Positions 10,654 through 23,886 of a stretch of 64,000 nt of DNA are shown piece by piece. The translations under genes were made by a program, and so were the position numbers. A model generated the notes under the pieces. The model did not search any database and had not been told where the DNA came from. It saw only the letters and a program-made list of their open reading frames with translations. This stretch comes from an uncultured Planctomycetota bacterium (lineage in GTDB: Bacteria > Planctomycetota > Planctomycetia > Isosphaerales > Isosphaeraceae). The stretch lies in the NCBI GenBank assembly GCA_963845755.1, contig CAWJTV010000011.1:544001-608000 (forward strand). The letters run 5' to 3'. Positions within the stretch are counted from its first letter, which is position 1, and the number at the start of each line of letters is the position of its first letter.

Positions 10654-12806
10654 TCGATCCGCTCCGCATCCTTGGGAACATCCCCGACCATCTCAAACAT
10701 TCGCCATTCGGGTGTCGTGATGGGCCGGTCGGCCATGTCATCCTCGAACGCCAAGGAAGCCGGGCCGAATCCTGGCTTCTGGATGCGTAACCACAGATGC
10801 GCCTGGTTCCCTGGACCGGCTACCTCCGTACGAACGGCCGCGCGCAGCTTGATCCGTTTCCCCTGGAATGGCTTCGCGTCGATCGTTTGCCCCAGACCTC
10901 CGAAAGTCTCTCCGTATCGTGGGCCGGGCTTCGGGCGGATCAGCGCGCATCGCTGACCGGTATGGGGATGATCTTCACTCGTCACTGCCTCATAGCTCAG
11001 ACCGCTAATCCCGGACGAGCCCGTCCAATCGGTCGGCTTCGTCCCCGGATCGCCGCTCTCGAAACCGAGGTTGGCGGGTGCGGCCAGTTTCTGGACCTTG
11101 GGACGCCCTCCCGCTGCGTTCGGTCGAGCGGAGGTCGTTTTCTCGACAAAGAGCAAGGCATCGTAAATCCGAGGTACCCTCGACGGCGAGAAAAACTGGC
11201 TCGCGGACTGCTCGGAGTAACCGGCCCCGATACTTCGGGTCGTGCGGGGCTGGTCGAACCAGGCCGCGACCGGTCCGTCCTTGGGTAGTTCTCGCAGATC
11301 GATCGCCGCCAGCGCCAGTCCACTCGCGGCCAGTATCGCATCGAGACTACCCTCGGGTGCCGGCTTGACCTGGAACGGACGCAGCCGACCAGTTCCGAAG
11401 GGCATCTCCACGGCTTGAAACGATCCCTGGTTAAAGGCGAAGCCAAAAACGACCATGTCGGTGCTGTACATCTTGCGCAGGTGATGGCCCATCCATTCCT
11501 GGCCACTGGCCACCGAGGTAGCCACGTGACCGTTATGCGCCCAGACCACCATTTTCGTGCCCGGTCCTTCGTGTTCGAGGATCCAACGAATGTTGTCAGC
11601 CATGGCCCGATCGCGAACCATAAACGTGTCCCCGGGGTTTTTCATGGCCAGGGCCTGGGCTAGGACCTGAGCGTGCTGCCGCGCGACGGCCAACTCGCTC
11701 TCGCTGGTCCGTTTGACGTAATCGGTTCTCTGCTGATCCAGAAGGTTCAGGAGCCCTTGCGCCGCGGTCATCACCGCCTGTTTCTTCGCCGGCGCGAGTG
11801 CGTCATACGACCTCGCGAGGAACGGGTTGGCCAGAGGCGAGAGTGCCTCTTTCGTCCCGCCTGGAAGCTGGGCATCGACCTTGGAAACGTAGGCCAGGGC
11901 GACTCTGGCCGCGCGGCCCGGGAACTGCGCGTCGAAGCCGTAGAACTTGACTTTCTTCTCATGACGCGGGTCGGCGTTGTAATTCCGCATCCAGCGGATC
12001 ATCTCGAGCACCTCTTCGGTGTCCCAGGTCCAGAAATACATCCCTGCCAGCGCGCTGGCGGGATCGCCTTTTTCGGTGAGAACGAACTCGTTGAGGTCGA
12101 AGGCTTCGGGCATCGTGGCCTCGATGCCGAAAACGGTGAATCCCATCTCGGAGACGAGGAACTCGAGCATCCTGTGCTTGAGTTGAAAGAACTCACGGGT
12201 CCCGTGCGTGGCCTCCCCGAGTGCCACCAACCGCGCCTCGCCGATCACCTTCTTGAGCGGCTGCATGTCCTCGAATCCGTGGCCGGCCTCCACACCCTTC
12301 AGACGAATCGCATGTTCCGCCAGCCATTTCTTGACTCCCTCGACCTGGGCCTTCTCGGCAGCCAGCCGCTCCGCGTATTGATCGGCCGTAAGCAACTCCT
12401 CGATTTTCACCTGGTAACCGCCGCGCTTCGCGGTCTTCTCGAGTGCGCGGATCTCCAGCCGGTAGTCGCCGGAGGCCGCTGCGACCACTTGAGCGGGTTC
12501 CGGTCCTTGATCGCCGTTGGGACTGTCCACTTCGACAATCCGTTTGCCGTCCGGGCCGAGGATCCTCACCACCACATCAATGCCTCGCTGATCGACGACC
12601 ACGTGGAGAAACTGACCGGCCTTCACGAAAACCTTGTAGTCATGAGCCTCGTGACCGGCCATGGTGCGCTCGATGGCCTTGCGTGGCTCGAGAGTGGTAA
12701 CGGTCTGGCTTGGCTCCGATGGCTGCTGCCCGCCCCGAATCCCGGGAGCGAACGATAGCATGGCAGCAACGAACATGGTGGCAAGCAAGGGAATGAGTCT
12801 GTCCAC
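10581..12806 (-). CDS. Erythromycin esterase family protein with signal peptide, N-terminal PPC-like domain and C-terminal CBM-like domain
   Basis: VALGEATHGTREFFQLKHRM, FYGFDAQ, RDRAMADN, WAHNGHV and YDALLFV motifs. The C-terminal module begins NLGFE. Confidence 0.88.
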   Translation of the reverse strand: MDRLIPLLATMFVAAMLSFAPGIRGGQQPSEPSQTVTTLEPRKAIERTMAGHEAHDYKVFVKAGQFLHVVVDQRGIDVVVRILGPDGKRIVEVDSPNGDQGPEPAQVVAAASGDYRLEIRALEKTAKRGGYQVKIEELLTADQYAERLAAEKAQVEGVKKWLAEHAIRLKGVEAGHGFEDMQPLKKVIGEARLVALGEATHGTREFFQLKHRMLEFLVSEMGFTVFGIEATMPEAFDLNEFVLTEKGDPASALAGMYFWTWDTEEVLEMIRWMRNYNADPRHEKKVKFYGFDAQFPGRAARVALAYVSKVDAQLPGGTKEALSPLANPFLARSYDALAPAKKQAVMTAAQGLLNLLDQQRTDYVKRTSESELAVARQHAQVLAQALAMKNPGDTFMVRDRAMADNIRWILEHEGPGTKMVVWAHNGHVATSVASGQEWMGHHLRKMYSTDMVVFGFAFNQGSFQAVEMPFGTGRLRPFQVKPAPEGSLDAILAASGLALAAIDLRELPKDGPVAAWFDQPRTTRSIGAGYSEQSASQFFSPSRVPRIYDALLFVEKTTSARPNAAGGRPKVQKLAAPANLGFESGDPGTKPTDWTGSSGISGLSYEAVTSEDHPHTGQRCALIRPKPGPRYGETFGGLGQTIDAKPFQGKRIKLRAAVRTEVAGPGNQAHLWLRIQKPGFGPASLAFEDDMADRPITTPEWRMFEMVGDVPKDAERIDYGLALVGVGCAWLDSVALEVAEK

Positions 12807-13167
12807 GTAGCCCTCCTACATGCGTCAAGGTCTGGAAACGCTCAAGGTTCTGCGGCCTTGCTGAGCTCAATGAAGTCAAACGGTGCGATCGATTATCGGC
12901 CCCGGGGTCCAGCTTGTCATTAGGCCTCGCTTTGAAGGATGGGAGGGCGAGAGGTTCAGCCCACTTTCCTTGTGGGCGGCCACCGCGAGCGCTACAGGGC
13001 GGTGTCCGAGTGACCTGTTCCAGAACAAGTAGTGTCTTCCTCCTCACGATCCCTGCTCCATGCGCATTTGGGAACCCGACGTTAGAGCGCCTCTCGGTTG
13101 GGTTGCGCACTGCGCATGGCGCGAGACGCGTGATCGATCCGAGCCCGAGGCCAAGGCGACGCCCTCC

Positions 13168-13480
13168 GGCGGCCCGAAGGGTCGCAGGAACCCAGCCCGG
13201 CGTGAGGAACGCTGACGAAATAAGTTCCCGAAGTCACTGACACCCACTCGTTCCCACGCTCCGCGTGGGAATGCCGTCTGCGACGCTCTGCGTCGTCGGC
13301 AAGACCGGGAAGTTATTTCGTCAGCGTTCCAAACGCCGGGACTCGGATACCCGCGCCTGCGCCGGCACCCTGAAGAGGTGCTGGAGGGTTTCCTGCGGCC
13401 CTTCAGGCCGCTGGGACCGGGGCTTGCACCTCGGACCCCGAGTTTCACCCGCGGCTGGGCTCCTGCGGCCAAAGGCCGCG
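13168..13480. repeat. Composite REP-like palindromic element
   Basis: GCGGCCCGAAGGGTCGCAGGAACCC at about 13169 recurs in inverted form at about 13387-13411 and 13455-13479. The hairpin CCCGGCGT..ACGCCGGG is split by an insertion. Confidence 0.7.
13206..13330. mobile_element. 125-bp MITE-like element with 25-bp terminal inverted repeats and an internal half-REP
   Basis: GGAACGCTGACGAAATAAGTTCCCG ... CGGGAAGTTATTTCGTCAGCGTTCC (24/25 match). The interior contains CTCGTTCCCACGCTCCGCGTGGGAATGCC. Confidence 0.7.
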
Positions 13481-13491
13481 GATGAGCTCTA

Positions 13492-13536
13492 TTGACAATC
13501 CGGAATCCACCGACATAATACAGACAGTCTGTCTGT
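13492..13536 (+). promoter_or_regulatory. Sigma70-type promoter and probable BlaI operator
   Basis: TTGACA-16 nt-CATAAT, followed directly by the palindrome ACAGACAG-T-CTGTCTGT, upstream of the blaI-like gene. Confidence 0.7.
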
Positions 13537-13568
13537 CTGTGATCATCAAGACCAGCAGGGGCGCCCTC

Positions 13569-13955
13569 ATGAAGAAGGAACCAGTCACCGAGGGGGAACT
13601 CTCGATCCTGGAAGTCATCTGGGAACAGGGAAGTCCAACCAGCCGCGAGATTGCGGCCGCGATCTACGAGAAGGTTTCCGACTCCAAGATGGCCTCGGTG
13701 CAAAAGCTGATCGAGCGGCTGGAAACGAAGGGCTACGTGAACCGCGATCGCTACGAACGGGCCCATCGCTTCGAGGCACGGGTGAGTCGGGAAGAGTTCC
13801 TGCGGCATCGCCTCCAGGGACTGGCCGATCGACTTTGCGACGGAGCCATCGTGCCGTTGGTGACGACACTGCTTCGATCGAAGAAAGGACTTTCCCGGAA
13901 GCAGGGAGAACAGCTCCGCCAGCTCATCGACGAGCTCTGGCCGTCGGATCAGTGA
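13569..13955 (+). CDS. BlaI/MecI/CopY family repressor
   Basis: TEGELSILEVIWEQGSPTSREI..VQKLIERLETKGYVNR..AHRF; lies directly upstream of an M56 gene. Confidence 0.92.
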   Translation: MKKEPVTEGELSILEVIWEQGSPTSREIAAAIYEKVSDSKMASVQKLIERLETKGYVNRDRYERAHRFEARVSREEFLRHRLQGLADRLCDGAIVPLVTTLLRSKKGLSRKQGEQLRQLIDELWPSDQ

Positions 13956-14124
13956 TCCTCGACATTCATTCCATTCGAGAGGTATCCCATGTACGCCTTC
14001 TGGGAAATCATTGCCAGTAATGCCGTGGTCGCGACGATCCTGGCGATCGGCGTCATGCTGCTGGGCCGCATCTGGAAGAACGCCGCCGCGGTTCATGCGC
14101 TCTGGGTCGTCGTACTGCTGAAAC

Positions 14125-15545
14125 GGGTGTGACCGACGATTGATGTAGCATATTATCGGAAACCGCCCAGGGTTCAGGCTGCCACCGGAAACCCGCAGCG
14201 GTCGATCTTCGACCAGAACTGGTCCCACCTCCCGGTCGTGTGGTTCAAGCAGCGTAGACTCAGCACCGCCGCCGCTCCCGACTCCTTCCATTTCATCCCC
14301 GAACCGCAGAGACGTTGCTTCACGATCACCTTGCAGGCGGCTTCGGTCACGCCACTGCCGATCGGCTCGTTGTTGGCGACCCGCGCCGCATAGTCCATCC
14401 GTCCCGCGGTCGATTGGTTGGTGAAGTAGGTGATGGCTCGTTGTACGTCCTCATCATCCTTGGCCCACGGCCGCACTTTCGCCAGCGACTTCAATTGCTT
14501 GAGGATCGTGGCCGCGCCTCCGGGTTCGTGCTTCAACGTGTGACAGCTCGCCTCCGTCCACGACCGACGCGTCGCGGGCTGGCCCCGGTACAGCACCGCC
14601 GCCGCCTTGCCCAGATACTCCGCAGCATGCCAGAAGTCCACGACCTGAGTGTCAGTGTACCGTCGGAGGAATTCCCAGTTCCCCTTGGCTCCGTCGGCGA
14701 TCCCGGCGTAGTGGGCCTGAGGATACTTCGCCTTCACCTGGGACACCTCCGCCTCCAAGCGACCCAGGAAGGTCGCCTTGCCGTACTCGGGCGTCGCCGC
14801 CAGGTAGATCGTGTGCTGCCGCTGGCCCGCGCCGTCGTAGAAGCTGATCGTCCCGACCATCGTCTCCCGCCAACCGTCCTCGCACATCAGCGCGCAGGTC
14901 CCGTCCAAGCTGAGGGCCACGGTCGTCGGGGGCGTGTCCATCGTGGGGAGGTGGTAACTCCAGTCTTCCTCCTTGACCAGCGCCACGGCGGCCACCGCGT
15001 CGGCGACGTCCTGGATCAGGCAGCGCGAGACGTCCCGGCCGTGGTTGTCGCGCAGATCGCGCCGGACTCGCGCCGAGCCGAATTCGGCGTACTTACTCGC
15101 GACCATCTTGGCGAACTTAGGGGTGGAGCTGACGATGATCCGGGCGTCACGATCCAGGGGGCAGTAGGTGGCTCCGCCCTGGGGACTCTGGTAGACGTGC
15201 CGTTGGACCGTGGCCATGCCATAGGGCGTCTGGTAATCCTTGGAGGACTGACCCTTGCTGGTCAACGTGACCGAGCCGACGGTGAGGGGAGAGCCGTCGG
15301 TGTCGAATTGCCGCAGTCCTTCCTCAGTGGCCAGGACACCGGCGGCGTTGAGTTGGTCCTGGAGCGTTTCCTCGAACTCGAGCATCGAGCGGTGGTAGGG
15401 GATGGTGATCTGGACGGTGAAACCCGCCTCAGTGCGGCTGATGATCTGTGCGGACATCGTCGGGCCTCCGTGAAGAGAGAAGAGAATCCCCCAAAATCTT
15501 ACTGAGAAAGCTCCTCAAACTCTACATCAATCGTCGGTCACACCC
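14125..15545 (-). mobile_element. Complete insertion sequence, ISKra4 family-like
   Basis: Perfect 24-bp terminal IR GGGTGTGACCGACGATTGATGTAG, flanking GCTGAAA duplication, and a single intact transposase. Confidence 0.9.
14174..15457 (-). CDS. DDE transposase, ISKra4 family
   Basis: SLDGT, IADGAKGNW, VDFWHAAEYL and IGSGVTEAACKVIVKQRLCGSGMKW motifs. Confidence 0.9.
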   Translation of the reverse strand: MSAQIISRTEAGFTVQITIPYHRSMLEFEETLQDQLNAAGVLATEEGLRQFDTDGSPLTVGSVTLTSKGQSSKDYQTPYGMATVQRHVYQSPQGGATYCPLDRDARIIVSSTPKFAKMVASKYAEFGSARVRRDLRDNHGRDVSRCLIQDVADAVAAVALVKEEDWSYHLPTMDTPPTTVALSLDGTCALMCEDGWRETMVGTISFYDGAGQRQHTIYLAATPEYGKATFLGRLEAEVSQVKAKYPQAHYAGIADGAKGNWEFLRRYTDTQVVDFWHAAEYLGKAAAVLYRGQPATRRSWTEASCHTLKHEPGGAATILKQLKSLAKVRPWAKDDEDVQRAITYFTNQSTAGRMDYAARVANNEPIGSGVTEAACKVIVKQRLCGSGMKWKESGAAAVLSLRCLNHTTGRWDQFWSKIDRCGFPVAA

Positions 15546-17849
15546 GCTGAAAGCTGAAACTGTTCACACCACCCCTGATCACCGCGGAGCTTCCGATCGC
15601 CTCCGGCGTCTTGCCGGCCGCGGAGAGCGCCGGCCCGCAGAAAACGATTTTGAGCTCGCCCGCACGCCACGAGGCACAACCAGCCGCTCCCGTGGCCGTG
15701 ACGCATTCTCGCGGCGCCATCGCCGCGGGCAACCCGCAGCCCGAACTCGGGAATTGGTCCACCGAGACGGCCGGCCTCGAGCCGTGGTCGCTCTCCACGA
15801 TCCTCGCCGCCATCTGGATTGGCGGCGCCTCTTTTACAGCTCTGGCTCATGCCGTCCGCATTCGCCGTTTTGCCACAGTCATCCGCGAGTCCGAGGCGGC
15901 GCCGGAGAGCATTCGCACGATGGTCACCGAGATCTCGAGCCGGCTGGGCCTGAGGCGCGTGCCCGACGTGTTGATGACGTCGCGTGCCCTGCCGCCCCTG
16001 GTCTGGTCGCTCGGGTTCTTCCCGCGCGTGATTCTGCCTTCCGATCTGTTTGCCCGCCTGAGTCCCGACGCTCAACGCACCATCCTCGCCCACGAACTCT
16101 TCCATATCCGGCGCGGCGATGATCGCGTCCGGCTGCTCGAGCTCGCGGCGAAGACGGTCTTCTGGTGGCATCCCGTCGTGTGGTGGGCAAGCTGGCAGTT
16201 GCGCGAGCTTGAAGAGCAGTGCTGCGACGGCCGCGTCCTCGAACTGGTCCCCGATCAGCCGCGGACGTATGCCTCGGCCCTGGTGGACACCCTGGAATTC
16301 CTTTCCGAGCAACCGCGTCATCTCGTCCCCTTGCGCACGGCGATCGATCCCGCCGGCTCATTGTCCAGGAGGATCTTCATGTTGACCTAGAGGCGACCGA
16401 ATCGGTTGAGTCTCCTGAGCGCCACGCTCGTCGCCGGACTTGTTGCCGTTCCGCTGGCCGTGGCCTTCGCCGTCGATCCCCAGCAGGCGAACCAGCCGGC
16501 CGCCGGGGCCCAGGCGGCGATTCTGCGCGGTCACGTGAAAGACGAAGCGGGTGCTCCGCTGGCCGATGTCCGCGTGCGCGTGGCCATTCCCGCCGCGGAT
16601 ATGCGGTTTGTCGATTCCCACACCCCGCACAAGCAGGCGGAGGCCCGGACTGATGCGAGCGGCGACTACCGGCTGGAAGTTCCCGGGATCACCAAGCCCA
16701 CGATGATCTCGATCGACGCAATGAAGCCGGGCTATCGCCGGTTAGTGGGAACCTTGATGTCCGGCGGCGATCCGAGGGACGTCGAGGTCGCGCCGGGCAA
16801 GGACGCGGTGGCTCCCCTGATCCTCAGGCCCGCGCTCTATTTCGCCGGCATCGTCGTGGACCAACAGGGCAAGCCGATCCCGGGGGTGGAGATTTACGCC
16901 AATGTCGTCATCGGACGCGGCTCGGGCGGCATTGAGCAGATCGCGAGCCATGCGGATGGGACATTCGAACTGTTCAGCTATCCCCGGAAAGAGGGCCCTC
17001 TCGGAAAGGAGCTCGGCTTCGGGTACGTCGTTTTCTCCCATCCGGATTATATCGAATATCGGCTTAAAGACGTTTACGCACTTGCGGAGAACCAGCGCGA
17101 AACCCTGCGGGTCATCCTCGATTCGGGTCACAAGGTGACAGGCACGGTGTTCGACATCGCCGGGAAGCCGGTCCCCCATGCGATGATCGAGGCCATCCGC
17201 AAGGATTGGTCTCATCGCAAGGCGACGCTAACCGACGCGAACGGCAAGTTCGCGTTGCGCGGTCTCAGCGACGGCCTGACGATGGTGACCGCTCACGCCC
17301 TGGATATCAAGCAGAAGACTCAACTGCCGATGGCCCTCAGCAGCGACAAGCTCGACCTCGAAGTCCGTCTGAAACCGATGGCGATGCCCGCCAATCTGAA
17401 GGCGTACACCGTGCTCGGCCTGCAGCTCACGGACATGACTCCGGAATTGAAATCGGCCTATGACCTTTTCAATGACCGCGGAGCGCTGATTCTCGATCCG
17501 GGCAAGGATTCCGATCGCCTCAAGATCGGCGAGCTTGTCGAAGGGTATGTCTTCTGGATGGTCGGCCAGCGGCGCATTGGCAGCGTCCGTGAGTTCGTCG
17601 ATCATCTTCTCGCCGAGACCGCCGGTCAAAACGCCGAGGAATCCTCCGTGCGCATCGTCTACACCTTCAGGACAGCCGAGTCCGTCGGAACGAATACGCA
17701 GTATCTGAAACTGACGAAAGACGACCGCAAGCAGTTGCAAGTCCTGTCGGACCAGCTCAGGCCCGAGGAGGACTGATCAGTAGGGGCGGTTTTACCTCGA
17801 TCCAAGCCGGATAGCGAGCGCATGCGTGCGCCAGGCTCTGTTGGCAATC

Positions 17850-17880
17850 CATTGACAAAACCTGTCAATGATGGCACAAT
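17850..17880 (+). promoter_or_regulatory. TA operon promoter with autoregulatory palindrome
   Basis: TTGACA-17 nt-CACAAT; the inverted repeat CATTGACA-n5-TGTCAATG overlaps the -35 element. Confidence 0.7.
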
Positions 17881-17901
17881 GGAGCCAAAGGAGGATCGGC
17901 T

Positions 17902-18165
17902 ATGGATACGATGAACATCGCCTTGCCCGAATCGATGAAACACTTCGTCCAGGAACGCGTCAGCGAGGGCGGATACAGCAGCGTCAGCGAATATGTCCGC
18001 GAGCTCATCCGCGCCGACCAGAAGCGGAAGGCCGAGGAGCGGATCGACGCTTTATTGCTCGAGGGGTTGGACTCCGGCCCGCCGATCCCCGTCACCCCGG
18101 AGTATTGGGAAGAGAAGAAACGCCGCCTGACCGAGCGGCTTGGCAAGGCCGTTCTCCCGCAATGA
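17902..18165 (+). CDS. parD: ParD-like RHH antitoxin (CC2985 type)
   Basis: MNIALPESMKHFVQERVSEGGYSSVSEYVRELIR..LLLEGLDSG. Confidence 0.9.
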   Translation: MDTMNIALPESMKHFVQERVSEGGYSSVSEYVRELIRADQKRKAEERIDALLLEGLDSGPPIPVTPEYWEEKKRRLTERLGKAVLPQ

Positions 18166-18491
18166 CCGCCCGATATCGCGTACTGCCCGCCGCCGACCGA
18201 GACCTGGACCACCAGGCCGCGTACCTGGCAACACAGGCTAGCCTGGATACGGCCCTGCGTTTCTATGATGCCGCCGGCGCCACCTTCGCCAAGCTTGCCG
18301 ACATGCCCGGCATCGGCGAGCGGTGGCCCTCGACAAACCCGCGTCTCGCGGGGCTACGCGTCTGGCGGATCGAGGGATTCGGGAAGCACCTGATCTTCTA
18401 CCGCCCTGCCGCCGATGGCATCGAAGTGATCCGCGTCATCCACGGGGCGCGCGACATCGACAGCGTGCTGGAATCAGGACCTGTGGTGTGA
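18162..18491 (+). CDS. parE: ParE/RelE family toxin
   Basis: RVLPAADRDLD..MPGIG..LRVWRIEGFGKHLIFYR..IEVIRVIHGARDI; ATGA overlap with the antitoxin gene. Confidence 0.9.
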   Translation: MTARYRVLPAADRDLDHQAAYLATQASLDTALRFYDAAGATFAKLADMPGIGERWPSTNPRLAGLRVWRIEGFGKHLIFYRPAADGIEVIRVIHGARDIDSVLESGPVV

Positions 18492-18895
18492 CATCCCAGA
18501 ACGGTCGCTGGCGGATGATAGATTTTCGGTCTGCGGCGCGGGGCTGGTGGTGGGTCGGGCTCGATCGGTCTGGCGGGCTCGGGTGGGTCAGGCTCGACGG
18601 GCAGCCAGGGGAATCGCGCCGCACGGCGGTACTTGAGGGCCAGCCTTCGGTGGTGCTCCTTAAAGCGTTCGTTCCATTCGTTATGACGTTTGATTAATTG
18701 TATTTCGGCATCATTGGGGGGTCCGAACCCGGAAGCCCTGAGAGGTATGAGGCCTTTTTCTGCTTTGGATTCGCATTCCTGAGCCTTGGCGGCGAACGCC
18801 ACGGACCGTCGCCCGAGCGTGTAGCCCCAGGGCACGAGCGCGGCGACGGCGACGGCGATCATCAACACACGGAGGGTGAATCGAGGCCTTTTCAT
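18398..18895 (-). CDS. Small membrane-anchored hypothetical protein (3' end uncertain)
   Basis: RFTLRVLMIAVAVAAL N-terminus and KYRRAARFPWLPVEPDPPEP tail, a pattern I recall from Isosphaeraceae small proteins. Confidence 0.6.
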   Translation of the reverse strand: MKRPRFTLRVLMIAVAVAALVPWGYTLGRRSVAFAAKAQECESKAEKGLIPLRASGFGPPNDAEIQLIKRHNEWNERFKEHHRRLALKYRRAARFPWLPVEPDPPEPARPIEPDPPPAPRRRPKIYHPPATVLGCHTTGPDSSTLSMSRAPWMTRITSMPSAAGR

Positions 18896-19326
18896 ATTTG
18901 ACCTCCGGGAGTCAGGCGGGTTCTCGGATGTGCTCGCCGGTCTATCAGAGTTGGAGATGTCAGTCAACTCGAATGATCGATTCGACGCACGCGGGATTCG
19001 GGCTGGGTCCGGTCATGGGAAAGTCAATCAGGCCCCTATGGAATCTCTTCGCCCATGACCTGCACCTACGAGAGCGCGATTGCCGACCTCCTCAGGTCGA
19101 AGACGAACTCGAGAACTCGATCCTGCCCTTGCCGAATCCCTCTCGCGAGTGCTAAGATCGGAAGATTTTCGGGCCGCGCCGCCTCCAATCGTCGAGGCGA
19201 GCGCGGCCCTTTGTCGCTTCGCTCCAGTTTTCAGTGTTAAGTGTTCAGTGAGTAGACCATTTATTACCTGAGCACTTGTGCGAGAAGACTCGAAGCCAGT
19301 TCCCTTTTCCTCCGGGGCTTCTTGAC

Positions 19327-22558
<3,232 letters not shown>

Positions 22559-22601
22559 CCTGGGCATCAGTCGAGTGGGAATCGGATAAGGGGGGAATCC
22601 C

Positions 22602-23661
22602 ATGGCAACCGTCACGACCCGAGCGACGTTGGACGACCTTCTCAAGACGGATGGCAAGGCCGAACTGATCGGTGGGAGGATCGTGCACTTCATGGCAAGC
22701 GGACATCTACCTAGTGTGGTCGCGCATGACGTGCATGAGTCGCTCGACGATCTGGAGGACCTGGACCAAGCCGATCTCAAGCACACCGCAGCGTCTACTG
22801 GCTCAACAGCCACGATCCCGACTTCGACGCGAAGGCTCTGGCGATTTGCAAGCTCTACCTGGAAGCACGAGTGATGTACGAACGAGGACGGCTGCTGATC
22901 TGCTGTGACGAGAAGACGGGGATGAAGGAGTTGGGACGGACTCATCGCACGCAACCGGCTCGGCCGGGCCAGCGCGCACAGCGCGAGCAAGACTCCATCC
23001 GCGATGGGACACGGGCCTTGATCACCTCGTTGATCGTGGCCACCGGTGAAGTGATCGGCGATTTGGGACCGACCCGAACCAGTGTCGATTTCGCGGCGCA
23101 TTTGGGACACGTCGCGGGCCAGTTCCCCGAAATCTTCGGGTGTGACTGGGTCGTGGACAACCTCAACACGCATTGGAGCCTGGACGTCTGCCAGCTGATG
23201 GCGGAACTCTGCGGTGTAAAGTTGCGCTCGAGATTACTGTGAGCCTACGCGAATATGCCCGGCGAAACGGCCGCGGTGTTGCTTATGCCGACGGCATGGG
23301 ATTCGCCGTCCCTGAGCTGCCATCCGGTCGTGAATCGTTTTCTCCCGATTCTTCCTATTACGTAGGGCCTCTGCCCGCGTGCCGGATGCGGTTCGTCGAA
23401 GGCCCGCCGACCCTGGCCGTCGAGGTGCGCAGCGAAAATGACTTCGGCGACGCCGCCGAGGCCGAGATCGTCGCCAAGCGTGTCGATTACTTCTCCGCGG
23501 GCACGCTCGTCGTCTGGGACGTCGATCCCGTGGCGGAGCAGGTCCATGTCTACCGGTCCACCGATCCGGGGCATCCCACGACCTACGCCCGGGGCCAGAC
23601 GGCCGAAGCCGAGCCCGCCGTGCCGGGCTGGCGGATGGCTGTTGATGACATCTTCGCGTGA
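22602..23661 (+). pseudogene. Uma2 (DUF820) PD-(D/E)xK family gene interrupted by an IS630 fragment
   Basis: ATLDDLLKTDGKAELIGGRIV..PSVVA | insert | LEITVSLREY..FSPDSSYY..LAVEVRSE..DYFSAGTLVVWDVDP. Confidence 0.85.
22726..23227 (+). mobile_element. Internal IS630-family transposase fragment without recognisable termini
   Basis: HRSVYWLNSHDPDFD, CCDEKTGM, R.GTRALI and WVVDNLNTH motifs; degraded. Confidence 0.75.
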
Positions 23662-23739
23662 GCCGGCGAAGGCCGCCGTTGCAAACGTGGAACGTCTGAG
23701 CACGGGGAAGCTCGAAGTTGATGCATTATAGGATTTGCT
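23662..23739 (+). pseudogene. Orphan diverged copy of the carB 3' end
   Basis: AKAAVANVERLSTGKLEVDAL*DL compared with car[25 protein letters not shown] (22466-22545). Confidence 0.85.
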
Positions 23740-23886
23740 TCGGGCCGATCGAGGAAAGTAGGGCCGGTTGCAACCGAGGGGTTCAGCTCGGTGCGCAGCA
23801 ATTCCCATACCTGCATGGATCGGCTCTCAACCTCGCGATCAGATCGGCATTGACCCCACACTCGCCACGCTCCGCGCGATTCACGA

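Larger units (their letters stand above)
13990..17776 (+). pseudogene. BlaR1-like M56 metallopeptidase with carboxypeptidase-regulatory-like extracellular domains; interrupted by an IS and an in-frame TAG at 16388-16390
   Basis: N-terminal ..HALWVVVLLK | IS | LFTPP..; ILAHELFHIRRGD zinc motif, FWWHPVVW and EEQCCD. Reading continues in the same frame after the stop (MLT*RRPNRLSLL) into G.V.D..G.P Ig-like repeats. Confidence 0.88.

Noticed and set aside
10581..12806. A bona fide ereA/ereB resistance gene
   Set aside because: Only family-level motifs are visible, and many family members do not act on macrolides, so no gene symbol was assigned.
16388..16390. Amber readthrough or pyrrolysine codon
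   Set aside because: The gene is already IS-disrupted, no pyl genes are visible, and TAG is used as a normal stop elsewhere in the window. A nonsense mutation is simpler.
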